NCBI GenBank assembly: GCA_965205855.1
Contig: OZ242184.1
Span: 192,001-256,000, forward strand
DNA from: Thermodesulfobacteriota bacterium
GTDB lineage: Bacteria > Desulfobacterota_D > UBA1144 > Nemesobacterales > Mycalebacteriaceae
Length of the DNA stretch: 64,000 nucleotides
Direction: 5' to 3'
Shown: one piece after another, positions 37,517-47,204 of the stretch
Layout of the letters: the number at the start of each line of letters is the position of its first letter
How positions within the stretch are numbered: position 1 is the first letter of the stretch
Position numbers and translations under genes: made by a program
Notes under the pieces: generated by a model
What the model saw: only the letters and a program-made list of their open reading frames with translations
What the model was told of the DNA's origin: nothing
The model's database searches: none

Positions 37517-39202
37517 TCAAGAGTCTGTCACGGCGCCTTCGGAAGCAGAAGACACGAGTTTTGCATATTTTGCGAGAACGCCATTTTTTTCTTTTGGAGG
37601 CCGTCTTTTCCACGCCGCCGTGCGGCTTTTCATTTCAGCGGTTGAAGCGGAGATGTTAATCTCTCTTTTTCCCGCGTCTATTGTTATCGTGTCCCCGTTT
37701 TTGATGAGCGCTATCGGGCCTCCGTCCGCCGCTTCCGGAGTTACATGACCCACAACGAAACCGTGAGTGCCCCCCGAAAACCTGCCGTCCGTTATGAGCG
37801 CGACATCCTCTCCAAGCCCTCTGCCGACAACCGCCGCGGTCGGTCCTAACATCTCCCGCATTCCGGGGCCTCCCCTCGGCCCTTCGTAGCGGACTACAAT
37901 CACATGCCCCTTTTTGACTCTGCCCGCGAGTATGGCTTTCATGCTTTTTTCCTCGGAGTCGAAAACAAGTGCTTTTCCGCTGAATATATCTCCTTCCTTG
38001 CCCGTTATTTTTGCCACCCCTCCGCCCGGAGCGAGGTTGCCTCGGAGAATTACCAGATGACCCTCTTTTTTGAGCGGGTTTTTCAGAGAATGCACAATTT
38101 TCTGCCGCGCGGGATATTTTTTTGCCCTGCGCAGATTTTCCCTGACTGTTTTCCCCGTTACCGTCATGCAGTCGCCGTGCAGAAGCTTGTTGTCAAGCAT
38201 CGTCTTCATGAGCGGAACAAGCCCTCCGATACGACAGAAATCAGCCATCATATAAGCTCCGCTCGGTTTTAGGTCGGCAAGAACCGGAGTGCGTTTTCCG
38301 ATTTTTGTGAAATCGTCAATAGAAAGATTTATACGTGCTTCCTTTGCCATGGCAATAAGATGAAGCACGCTGTTTGTTGAGCCGCCGAGCGCCATTACCA
38401 CCGCTATAGCGTTTTCAAATGCCTTTTTTGTCATTATGTCGCGGGGGGTTATTCCTTTTTTTATCATATTTAAAACGGCTTTTCCGGCTTCTACGCAGTC
38501 GGTGTTTTTTTCGCCTGACACGGCCGGTTGGGCCGAACTGTTGGGCAGACTCATTCCCATTGCTTCAATTGCGGACGCCATTGTATTGGCCGTATACATT
38601 CCTCCGCATGAACCGGGGCCGGGTATAGCGGCGCACTCTATTTTTTTGAGCTCCCCGTCGCTTATGTTACCGCTCGCGTGAGCACCGACCGCTTCAAAAA
38701 CCGATACAATGTCCACACTTTTTCCGTTGTGGCAGCCCGGCATTATTGTTCCGCCATAAACAAAAACCGCGGGGCGGTTCAGACGCGCGATTGCCATCAT
38801 GCAGCCTGGCATATTTTTATCGCAGCCGCCAATCGCGACCAGTCCGTCAAATCCCTCGCCGCCGCCGACCGTTTCTATTGAGTCAGCGATTACCTCCCTT
38901 GAAACAAGCGAATATCTCATTCCAGGAGTTCCCATTGAAATTCCGTCAGAGACGGTAATTGTGTTGAAAATCACGGCTTTCCCGCCGGATTTGTTCACGC
39001 CCGTCGCAGAACGCACGGCGAGTTTGTCTATGTGCATATTGCACGGGGTTACCATGCTCCAGGTTGAGGCTATTCCCACAACCGGTCTGGAGAAGTCTTT
39101 GTCCTTGAAGCCCACGGCTCTGAGCATCGCTCGGCTGGGAGCACGGTCGGGGCCTTCAACATATATTGAGGAAAATTTTCTCAAATTTGTTTTTTTTGCC
39201 AT
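37517..39202 (-). CDS. ilvD: Dihydroxy-acid dehydratase
   Basis: [54 protein letters not shown]. Confidence 0.97.
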   Translation of the reverse strand: MAKKTNLRKFSSIYVEGPDRAPSRAMLRAVGFKDKDFSRPVVGIASTWSMVTPCNMHIDKLAVRSATGVNKSGGKAVIFNTITVSDGISMGTPGMRYSLVSREVIADSIETVGGGEGFDGLVAIGGCDKNMPGCMMAIARLNRPAVFVYGGTIMPGCHNGKSVDIVSVFEAVGAHASGNISDGELKKIECAAIPGPGSCGGMYTANTMASAIEAMGMSLPNSSAQPAVSGEKNTDCVEAGKAVLNMIKKGITPRDIMTKKAFENAIAVVMALGGSTNSVLHLIAMAKEARINLSIDDFTKIGKRTPVLADLKPSGAYMMADFCRIGGLVPLMKTMLDNKLLHGDCMTVTGKTVRENLRRAKKYPARQKIVHSLKNPLKKEGHLVILRGNLAPGGGVAKITGKEGDIFSGKALVFDSEEKSMKAILAGRVKKGHVIVVRYEGPRGGPGMREMLGPTAAVVGRGLGEDVALITDGRFSGGTHGFVVGHVTPEAADGGPIALIKNGDTITIDAGKREINISASTAEMKSRTAAWKRRPPKEKNGVLAKYAKLVSSASEGAVTDS

Positions 39203-39249
39203 TTTGTGTCTCAGCTGCCGACTCAAAGATATACGAGCGAAGGTGTCAG

Positions 39250-39744
39250 TCAACCGCACGGATTTTCAATACCATATGCCGTTGTGATTCTTGCGAAGCT
39301 GGAGACGGTTATTTTGTTCCACCTTGAGCCTTTGCCGTTTTCAATGCAGAAGGATTTGTTTGTTGAGGTTCCAAGGGGATGAAAAAAGATTTTCTTTATC
39401 TCATTTTTTCCGCTTTTTTGAAAAACTTTGTAGGAAATTACGCTTTCAACAATAACTTGTCCCTTTTGAGTCCCGCACTCCCTGCCGGTGCTTTCAATTG
39501 TGATAAATTTCCACATCTCACCTTCATTTGCCTCTCCGAGCGGGATGCATACCGCGTATATTTTCCCTTTGTTTATGGCGAGCAGTTTTGCTCTTCTTAT
39601 TTGAGAGACAACTTTTTCGACAGAGGATTCAAACCGGGATTTCTCTCCGTATTGAATAATAAAAGGCACAGACACGCCGACTGCTGTTGCTGCAATCGCG
39701 AGCACAAACAACATTTCAAAGAGTGAATATCCGCCCGTTTTCAT
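39250..39744 (-). CDS. Type IV minor pilin, FimT/GspH-like
   Basis: Prepilin site KTGG|YSLFE plus hydrophobic helix, A+..AI, and I.F.P.G near the C-terminus. Confidence 0.78.
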   Translation of the reverse strand: MKTGGYSLFEMLFVLAIAATAVGVSVPFIIQYGEKSRFESSVEKVVSQIRRAKLLAINKGKIYAVCIPLGEANEGEMWKFITIESTGRECGTQKGQVIVESVISYKVFQKSGKNEIKKIFFHPLGTSTNKSFCIENGKGSRWNKITVSSFARITTAYGIENPCG

Positions 39745-40151
39745 TATTGGTTTTTCTCAACTTTTTGCAGCCACGAGTTAATTGAGACCCTTCCATTATG
39801 AGCGGAATATTCCAACTCTATTTCCGTCAAAGAATTCTCCCCGCGTCCGGTTGCGGAGAATGAGAACTCCGTTGCTGAAATATAAGCCGCATTTGTTACG
39901 CCGTTTACGGAATCTTCAATTTCAGATACGCATCTCTGAACATCATTTGTTGAAAGACACTGTTCCATATTCATTTCCACTTCGGCGACAACCCTTTCCG
40001 CGTCACGCAGGGATTTTGCGGCCTCAAGGCGGTTTAGTGATATTTTCCGATCTGCGGTTGAAATAAAAAACGCAGTTGCCGCAACCGCGGACATTATTGT
40101 TACAATTAGCAACGCGATTATTATTGCAAACCCTTTTTCCGAATTATTCAT
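39744..40151 (-). CDS. Type IV minor pilin, PilX-like
   Basis: EKG|FAIIIALLI lacks Glu5, a PilX/GspK hallmark; A...AE motif; F..TG.G. Confidence 0.78.
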   Translation of the reverse strand: MNNSEKGFAIIIALLIVTIMSAVAATAFFISTADRKISLNRLEAAKSLRDAERVVAEVEMNMEQCLSTNDVQRCVSEIEDSVNGVTNAAYISATEFSFSATGRGENSLTEIELEYSAHNGRVSINSWLQKVEKNQ

Positions 40152-40793
40152 CTACATATTTCTCGGATTTGCAACAACCGAGTATGTTTTGAATTCATAT
40201 GCGTCTTTTCGGTTTTTGTGCAGACCGCGTGATTTAAGTGTGAGTGTTATCCTTACCGCTTCAACCTTTGTCTTGTCTCTCATTGAAGTTTGAAAATCGT
40301 TATCGCCGTCCATGATAAAATTGACTTGAAAATCTTCTACTTTGACCCCCGTATTGTCCGGCGTCAGGGACTGTGTTCTTGTTCTGTTGCTGTTATGCAA
40401 CTTGAGAACTCCTCTTTGAACAAAAAAACTTTTTTTGATGCCGTTTTCGTTGTTGATTGAGACGCTTTCAAGAGTTATACAGTCCGTCTTCCCTGTGTTT
40501 GCAGATTTGATGTCGCATTTGCCGAGGCTTTTATCAACATCCTCTCCGCCGTCAACAAAGAAAAAAGGCGGCGAAGCTTTGCTACGGGAACCGGCGTTTC
40601 TGATTTCCAGCGCAAGTATTGCAAGAATTGAATAAGCCACATGATCCATTTCACTCATATTTTTTTGCAAAAAGTCCGTTTTTGCCTGCCGTTGAATGGC
40701 AAATAATCCGGTTACCGTTAAAACCGCCAGAAGAAAGGCGGCAAAAAGAAATTCCAAAAGGGTGAATCCTCGCGCTTTATTTTCAGGGAACAT
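40152..40793 (-). CDS. Type IV minor pilin, PilW-like
   Basis: ARG|FTLLE, EIRNAG, VEDFQV.F, V.AVRI.L.L.S, terminal PRN. Confidence 0.82.
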   Translation of the reverse strand: MFPENKARGFTLLEFLFAAFLLAVLTVTGLFAIQRQAKTDFLQKNMSEMDHVAYSILAILALEIRNAGSRSKASPPFFFVDGGEDVDKSLGKCDIKSANTGKTDCITLESVSINNENGIKKSFFVQRGVLKLHNSNRTRTQSLTPDNTGVKVEDFQVNFIMDGDNDFQTSMRDKTKVEAVRITLTLKSRGLHKNRKDAYEFKTYSVVANPRNM

Positions 40794-41202
40794 ATATGAA
40801 CTGCTTGCCCTTAAATGAGTTTTCTCCGATACAGGCTATGTATTTAATTTTAACCACGCCGTTGCCGCTTTCGGGCGCACGGCAGATTTTTCCGGAGTTT
40901 TTTCCGATTTCCCTACATTCAGTCCTGGACAGGTTTCCGCATGAAAGCGGCGAGGTTTGAATGTGGCCGAACATGTTTTCAACCGGATTTTTATGACCGG
41001 AGATTATCAGGGTTTTCAGACGCCCTCTGTCTCTTTCTATACGGGATTCAATTTCATTTTGCGCGTGCAGGAATTGTTCGTTCCACAGGCGGTTTTTAAG
41101 TGTGGTCGATTGAACTCCAAGAGCGGCGGTGATTCCCGCTGAAGCGATAACGACCGCAAACAGAGCCTCCAGAAGTGTTATGCCTTTTTCATTGCGCGGC
41201 AT
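40783..41202 (-). CDS. Type IV minor pilin, PilV-like
   Basis: EKG|ITLLEALFAVVI...G prepilin motif; first of four coupled pilin genes. Confidence 0.78.
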   Translation of the reverse strand: MPRNEKGITLLEALFAVVIASAGITAALGVQSTTLKNRLWNEQFLHAQNEIESRIERDRGRLKTLIISGHKNPVENMFGHIQTSPLSCGNLSRTECREIGKNSGKICRAPESGNGVVKIKYIACIGENSFKGKQFIYVP

Positions 41203-42733
41203 TTTCTATTCGGTTAAAGAGATTTTTCCCTTTTGCAACTTTTTGCCCGTGGCTCATCTTTCCCCAGTCCGTTGATATGTCAGTGGCGGCGGATTTCTCA
41301 ACGGATTTTTTAAATCCGAGTTTTTTCCAAAGTTTTTCCGCGGTATCCGGCATAAACGGATATGAGTAAACGGTTATTATTCGCAGGGATTCGCAAAGAG
41401 TCCACAAAACCGCCGCCAGTTTTTTTTGTTCCCCTTTTTTGTGGAGTTCCCACGGTTTTGTCTTCTCAACAAACTTATCGGTCTCTGCGATTATATTCCA
41501 AAGGGCTGAAAGGGCTTTGCCGGGAGCCACGGAATCCATCGCGATGGGAATTTCTCTGGCACATAGTTGCGCCGATTTTTTTATGGAAGAATTTTCACAT
41601 TCCGTCCCGTCCGAATCTGGCACGGTTGCGTTAAAATAACGTTCAACCATTCCAAGCGCTCGGCTCGTAAGGTTGCCGAGCCCGTTTGCGAGGTCGGCGT
41701 TAATGCGTGAAATAAAAACTCTGCGCGAAAAATCCCCGTCTTTTCCGAAGGGGATTTCTCTCATAATAAAATATCTAAAAGCGTCAACACCGAATTCCCG
41801 TGTTATCTCAACCGGATTGACGGCGTTGCCGAGGGATTTTGACATTTTTTCCCCCTCAACCGTCCACCATCCGTGGGCAAATATTGTTTTGGGAAGTTCA
41901 ATTCCGGCGGACATAAGAAAAGCGGGCCAATAGACGGCGTGAAATCTGATAATATCCTTGCCGACAATATGAATATCGGCAGGCCAGATTTTTCCAAATC
42001 TGTTTTTGTCCGACTCAAAACCGGCCGCGGTCAGGTAGTTGGAGAGCGCATCAAACCAGACATACATAACATGGTCGGGATTTTCCGGAACCTGTACCCC
42101 CCATGAGAATGTCGTCCGGCTTATGCTTAGGTCTTTGAGTCCCGATTCCACAAAGTGCCGGACTTCGTTCATTCTCTCTTTGGGCATTACAAAACCGGGG
42201 TTTTTATCGTAATGTTCAAGCAGCCGTTTTTGATATGATGAAAGTTTGAAGAAAAAACACTCTTCTTTGATTTTCTCAAGTTTTGGGCGTTTTTCCGGAG
42301 GCAGTTTATTTATTTCCTCCATCTGAGTTTCAGTGATAAAATTCTCCGCGCGCACATCGTACCAGCCTTCGTATTCGCCGAGATATATATCTTTGTTGAG
42401 GACGGCGGTTTTGAACATCTTTTGCGCGCACCTTTTATGCCTTTCTTCGGTGGTTCTTATAAAATCGTCATTTTTTATTTTTAATGTTTCCCATAAAGAG
42501 CGGAATCTTTCCACCACTCTGTCCGCGAGCTGTTTCGGAGTTTCATTGTTTTGCGTGGCCGTTTGCTCAATTTTTCTTCCGTACTCGTCCGTTCCGGTCA
42601 GAAAAAAAACCTCTTCACCTCGCAACCTTCTGTATCGCGCGAGCACATCCGCCGCCACGGTTGTATAGGCATGTCCTATGTGAGGAGAGTCATTCACATA
42701 GTAAATTGGAGTGGTTATGTAAAACGTTTTCAT
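41189..42733 (-). CDS. metG: Methionine--tRNA ligase (short form)
   Basis: FYITTPIYYVN..PHIGH, TGTDE.G, YVWFDAL.NY, GKDI.RFH..YWPA, KMSKS; ATG at 42733. Confidence 0.97.
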   Translation of the reverse strand: MKTFYITTPIYYVNDSPHIGHAYTTVAADVLARYRRLRGEEVFFLTGTDEYGRKIEQTATQNNETPKQLADRVVERFRSLWETLKIKNDDFIRTTEERHKRCAQKMFKTAVLNKDIYLGEYEGWYDVRAENFITETQMEEINKLPPEKRPKLEKIKEECFFFKLSSYQKRLLEHYDKNPGFVMPKERMNEVRHFVESGLKDLSISRTTFSWGVQVPENPDHVMYVWFDALSNYLTAAGFESDKNRFGKIWPADIHIVGKDIIRFHAVYWPAFLMSAGIELPKTIFAHGWWTVEGEKMSKSLGNAVNPVEITREFGVDAFRYFIMREIPFGKDGDFSRRVFISRINADLANGLGNLTSRALGMVERYFNATVPDSDGTECENSSIKKSAQLCAREIPIAMDSVAPGKALSALWNIIAETDKFVEKTKPWELHKKGEQKKLAAVLWTLCESLRIITVYSYPFMPDTAEKLWKKLGFKKSVEKSAATDISTDWGKMSHGQKVAKGKNLFNRIENAAQ

Positions 42734-42737
42734 ATGA

Positions 42738-45215
42738 TCAGAAGCGAATATGAAACTGCCCGGTTCCAGAGTAAGAACGCATATCATTCCAGAAATCAGC
42801 TTTGTAGCCAATTTTGAAGGCGAGGTTTTTGTTGTCCGACAAAACCACCTGACCGCCGACAAAATAACGCAATTCGTCCGATACTTGAGGGCGGAGCACC
42901 GTAAAATCAGTGTCTAAAACGCTTACGTCCAAATTGTTTCCCGATGAGGAAAAATCGTAAAAAACACCCGCTTCCACCTCCGGTTGCACAACGGTTCTCA
43001 GGATGGTTTTCAGGGCATTGAAAGATATGTTGATTTTTGCCCCCGCTTCGGAAGAAGTCATAGAGCTGTTTTTCTGTCGGATATCAAGGCCTCCGTTTTC
43101 TGTGTACGAGTCCGTTGAGGCTTTCGCAAAAGAGAATGAAACCGAGGGTCTTATTTTCACGGGCAGGTTGTTAAGGATATGCATGCCACTGGAAAACTTT
43201 GCTCCGTAGGTTTTTATATCAGTTTCTCCGTTGATAGTCCCGAAATCCGATTCTCTTGAAGAGTCGTAATCGTGCATTGAAAAAGCGCCTATCGCGGTTG
43301 CCGTAATTCTGCCAGAGTCGTATTTGGCGTAAAGCGCGCTGTGAAAACCTTTGGCTTCTTCGTTCACACGCTCATTTGCTGTCTCCAGAAAAGAGACGCC
43401 GCCAGCAATGCCGATTCCGAAATCTCTGTCAAACAGGAACCTGTGCACTCCGGCGACTATTCCGCGCGAACCAATTTCGTAAAGGTCTCCAGAGGTGTTT
43501 TTTTCAAAACCTCCCGAGAATGCACCGTATACGCCAATGTCGTGAGGGTTGTCCCATGGCATATATTTGACCGCTTCTACTATCTTATACTCAATTGAAT
43601 CAAAAAAATCCCTTTGCAGTCCTATCATCTCATGCTCAATTCCGGCGTGTTCGCTCGGAAGCAGTTCTCTTACGGTTTGCCCGTCCAAATCCGGATCGTT
43701 CAGCGCGTTCAATATCTCGGATTTGTCGGAGTCCGCACTTCCAGTCCTCAGGGGTTCGTAAACGGATGTGAGAATTCCACGCAGGTTTGGGGCTTCAAAG
43801 GAGCTTTCTATCTCATCCCGCACATTTGCCTGTTCGCTGTCAATGGACAGGCATATGCCATCTGTGCAAGTGGAAAGCTTAGTGAACATTCCGGGGTCTT
43901 CCAGAATATTCTCCAGTGTCGCGGATGCGGACGAGGTGTCTCCTTCAAACACCGTCACGGACATATTATTGGTTTGCGCAAGGCTCACAACATCAAACGC
44001 GCTGACAGCGATTGAAGATTCGGACTCTGCGGAAATCGCTCCCGCAATTATTTTTGCGGAGTTTTCCGAGGCAGGGTTGTCAAAATCCATCATCAACAAA
44101 AGAGTTCCATCGCCAACGAACAAATTCCCGCCGCTTCCCAAATCCACCTCTCTTTCTATTACAAGCCTTCCCTCTCCTTCTTTTGAGAGAGATTCAAAAT
44201 TTCTGTAAAGTGCATCGTCTCCGAAATTATCGCCATCAAGAGACAGTGAAAAACCCTCGGCTATATCCACTTCGAAAGTGTCTGTTCCGCCGAGTGCGTC
44301 AATCCTTTCAAGGTTTTCGTCGTTTCCGGTAAAAGTCCACACATTGTCATCGTCCGAAAGCTCCACCCGTTCAAAGTTTCTGTATCGTCCGCCTGATTGA
44401 AGCCCGCTCGCATCGTGGTTTCCGTTTCCGAGTCTGATAGTGTCGGTTCCTTCTCCGCCGCTTACCCACTCCCATCCTTCACTTGCGAAGTCGTCCGGGG
44501 AGAAATGCCATATATCATCCCCGTCCGTGCTTCTGACGGCGACGCCTTCAAAATTGAAGTATTTGGCAAAGTCACCACTTCCCACATTGGCAAATGTGAA
44601 ATCCGAGTCAGTGCCGTTGAAAATTCCGTTTCCGTCCGAGTCTTCTATGGTTTTTTCCAGGATGTCTGTTCCCTCGAGCGCGTCAATACTTGTCAGGTTG
44701 TTGTCATTGTCGGTGATGACCCAGATATCATCTTCGTTGGAAAGTTCTGCCTGTTCAAAATTTCTGTATCTTCCACCGGAGTGAATATCGCCTGCATCGT
44801 GTTGTCCTTGTCCAAATACAATGGTGTCGTCTCCGCCGCGAGCGTCAATGCCTTCAAGGTCTTCGTCGTTGCCGGTAATAGTCCAGATATCGTTGTTGCC
44901 GGAGAGTTCCACTTCTTCAAAATTCCGCAACATTCCGTTTACGCTTATCTCTGCGGAGCTGAAAGTCCCCCCGGTTCCCTCAACGGTGATTTTGTCTGTT
45001 CCGTTTCCGAAGTCTGCATAAAAATTGGTATTGAAAATGCCTTCAAGAGAACGGGTAATCAGGTTGTCATCCGTGCCGCCTTCAACCAGATTTTCGTTCA
45101 GGGGAAGATCCCTGCCGGTAATATCCACATCAACCGCGTATGTGGCAGAGTAAGAAAAAAACAGGAACGCGAACGCCGCAAACGGCAGTATTCTGTCAAA
45201 GAGAGTTTTTATCAA
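42738..45215 (-). CDS. Autotransporter (type Va-like) with acidic repetitive passenger
   Basis: N-terminal signal peptide (ATYA|V), D/N/G-rich repeats, C-terminal beta-barrel-like region (YTENGG..) ending in F.I.F. Confidence 0.82.
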   Translation of the reverse strand: MIKTLFDRILPFAAFAFLFFSYSATYAVDVDITGRDLPLNENLVEGGTDDNLITRSLEGIFNTNFYADFGNGTDKITVEGTGGTFSSAEISVNGMLRNFEEVELSGNNDIWTITGNDEDLEGIDARGGDDTIVFGQGQHDAGDIHSGGRYRNFEQAELSNEDDIWVITDNDNNLTSIDALEGTDILEKTIEDSDGNGIFNGTDSDFTFANVGSGDFAKYFNFEGVAVRSTDGDDIWHFSPDDFASEGWEWVSGGEGTDTIRLGNGNHDASGLQSGGRYRNFERVELSDDDNVWTFTGNDENLERIDALGGTDTFEVDIAEGFSLSLDGDNFGDDALYRNFESLSKEGEGRLVIEREVDLGSGGNLFVGDGTLLLMMDFDNPASENSAKIIAGAISAESESSIAVSAFDVVSLAQTNNMSVTVFEGDTSSASATLENILEDPGMFTKLSTCTDGICLSIDSEQANVRDEIESSFEAPNLRGILTSVYEPLRTGSADSDKSEILNALNDPDLDGQTVRELLPSEHAGIEHEMIGLQRDFFDSIEYKIVEAVKYMPWDNPHDIGVYGAFSGGFEKNTSGDLYEIGSRGIVAGVHRFLFDRDFGIGIAGGVSFLETANERVNEEAKGFHSALYAKYDSGRITATAIGAFSMHDYDSSRESDFGTINGETDIKTYGAKFSSGMHILNNLPVKIRPSVSFSFAKASTDSYTENGGLDIRQKNSSMTSSEAGAKINISFNALKTILRTVVQPEVEAGVFYDFSSSGNNLDVSVLDTDFTVLRPQVSDELRYFVGGQVVLSDNKNLAFKIGYKADFWNDMRSYSGTGQFHIRF
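44193..44927 (-). repeat. Diverged tandem coding repeats (~54-69 aa) in the autotransporter passenger
   Basis: Five (Y/L)RNFE-type units such as GGRYRNFE..ELS..D.IW..T.ND..L..IDA.GG.DT; similarity is also visible at the nucleotide level. Confidence 0.85.
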
Positions 45216-45305
45216 TTATGAATACCCAGAACCTTTGAAATACGCAGAAAACTCCGAGATGGAAAATGCGAATTCTACTTCAATAATACAGTTTTTCAAG
45301 TCGGT

Positions 45306-46307
45306 TCACATCTCCGCAATTTTAAAAATCAGATTTTCAAGAACAAGGCGACAGTTGAGATTTCCGGTTTTTATTCCGGCAACCGCATCTTCAAGCGACC
45401 GGGCTTTTTCGGCAATAGAAACCGCGTTTGCGTGCCGCGTGAATTTTGCCGAAGCTTCACCCAGTTTCTCATAGACGGGCTCTCCCGCGCCCGCGCTTGC
45501 ATATATTAAATCCTGAATCCAGAAAGAGACCAAGTCGGTGAATTTTTCCGCCGCAACGCGCTGCATGGCGGTTCCTTTCGCCTTTGCGAGGATGTTTTCC
45601 GCAAACTCAAATACCTCGGACGGGTTGCGCACGTTGATTCCCGCAAGTTTTTGGATGGTTTGGGAAATTTCGCTCAGTTGCTCCGCGCCGATGTCCGATA
45701 CTTTTCCCGGGCTGCCGCCGGCAAGTTTGACCGCAAGGGCGATGTCGTTTTCGCCAAGGTCTCCCCTTTCACGCAGTTTTTTCCGCGCCGTTTCTCCGTC
45801 CAGTTTTCCGAAAGCAACCGTGTGGCATCTGGAACGGACGGTTGGGAGTATTCTTGAAGGCAGATGGGTGGTAAGAATTATGACCGAGTAGGAAGGCGGT
45901 TCCTCAAGGGTTTTCAGAAACGCGTTCTGAGCACTTGCGTTCATCCTTTCCGCGCCGGCAATGATGAAAATTTTATATTGAGACTCAAAAGGTTTGAGAA
46001 AAATTCCCCGTTCTATTTCCTCGCGCACATTGTTAACTGTTATAAGTTTTTTGTCCTCGTATTCAAAAAGTGAAACATCGGGGAATATGCCGTTTTTAAT
46101 TCTTGAACAGCAGGAGCATTGACAGTAAGAATCTCTTTTTTCTCGGCAGTTCAGTTTTTTTGCGAAAGAGATTGCGGTGAGTTTTTTGCCCACGCCGTCA
46201 GGTCCCGAAAACAGATAAGCATGAGCCATCCTTTCCTCACTCAGGGCTCTTTGCAAAGTTCGTTTCGCGGTTTTATGCCCTTCTATTTCGTCAAACATGT
46301 AGCTCAA
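45306..46307 (-). CDS. holB: DNA polymerase III delta' subunit
   Basis: HAYLFSGPDGVGK, C..C..C Zn motif, AERMN..AQNAFLKTLEEPP, LPTVRSRC; follows tmk. Confidence 0.94.
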   Translation of the reverse strand: MSYMFDEIEGHKTAKRTLQRALSEERMAHAYLFSGPDGVGKKLTAISFAKKLNCREKRDSYCQCSCCSRIKNGIFPDVSLFEYEDKKLITVNNVREEIERGIFLKPFESQYKIFIIAGAERMNASAQNAFLKTLEEPPSYSVIILTTHLPSRILPTVRSRCHTVAFGKLDGETARKKLRERGDLGENDIALAVKLAGGSPGKVSDIGAEQLSEISQTIQKLAGINVRNPSEVFEFAENILAKAKGTAMQRVAAEKFTDLVSFWIQDLIYASAGAGEPVYEKLGEASAKFTRHANAVSIAEKARSLEDAVAGIKTGNLNCRLVLENLIFKIAEM

Positions 46308-46933
46308 ATTCCGAGTTTCCCGTCAACAATTGTCGCTATCTCTTTCTGAGTGTCGGAAATTTCCCTGCTTGCGTCAATAATTTTGATTCTTTCGGGGTCT
46401 TTCCCGGCTTCCGCAAGAAACCCCTCCCGCAAGCGCTCGTAGAACATACTGGCTTCTCTATCCATCCTGTTGACCGAATCTCCGGATGTTTCCCTTTTGT
46501 TGATACGTTCTCTACACAAATGAATCGGCACATCAAGCACAAAAGTAATATCGGGCTCCAAATCAAGCGCCGCGCGTCTTGCCGCACGTGTTACGAACTC
46601 AAGGTCAATGCCCCTTCCGTAGCCCTGATAGACGATTGTGGAATCAAAGAATCTGTCGGATATGACAATTTCCCCCTTTTCCAGGGAGGGTTTGATGACT
46701 TTTTGAACATGGCAAACCCTGTCCGCGCAAAAGAGGAAAAGCTCCGCGAGAGGGTCAGCGGTTTTCATATCTTCAAGAAGGATGGTTTCTCTTATGTTGA
46801 GGCAGACCTCTCCCCCGTCTCCGGGCTCGTGAGTCAACAAAACCCCGTTCCCTTTTGCCGTAAGATGGTCTCGCAAAATAGAGGAATGGGTGGATTTGCC
46901 GCATCCGTCAATTCCTTCGAAAGTGATAAACAT
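46304..46933 (-). CDS. tmk: Thymidylate kinase
   Basis: FITFEGIDGCGKST, EPG, LF.ADR..H, SDRF.DST..YQG. Confidence 0.96.
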   Translation of the reverse strand: MFITFEGIDGCGKSTHSSILRDHLTAKGNGVLLTHEPGDGGEVCLNIRETILLEDMKTADPLAELFLFCADRVCHVQKVIKPSLEKGEIVISDRFFDSTIVYQGYGRGIDLEFVTRAARRAALDLEPDITFVLDVPIHLCRERINKRETSGDSVNRMDREASMFYERLREGFLAEAGKDPERIKIIDASREISDTQKEIATIVDGKLGI

Positions 46934-47204
46934 TTGACCCGGTATTTCCCCCTGATATCGCACGAACCCTTTGGTTGCAGACACACAAATGACTTTTTCT
47001 TAATCATACTTGAGATGTTCTTTTATTAACAATTTCTTGACAATACTTCAGAGGATATGTAACTATAGACGGGCTGAACTAAGCGATTCTTCCGCGGGGT
47101 GGCTTGTGTGCAGAATATGCGCATCAGGAATTGGCGGGTCAGGAAATCTTATGGGGTTTGAGTGTTCCGAGCAAGAAGTTTTCAACCTTTGCCACCTTGA
47201 ATGT

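Noticed and set aside
44397-45221. 274-aa plus-strand ORF
   Set aside because: Antisense shadow of the compositionally biased autotransporter; no motifs.
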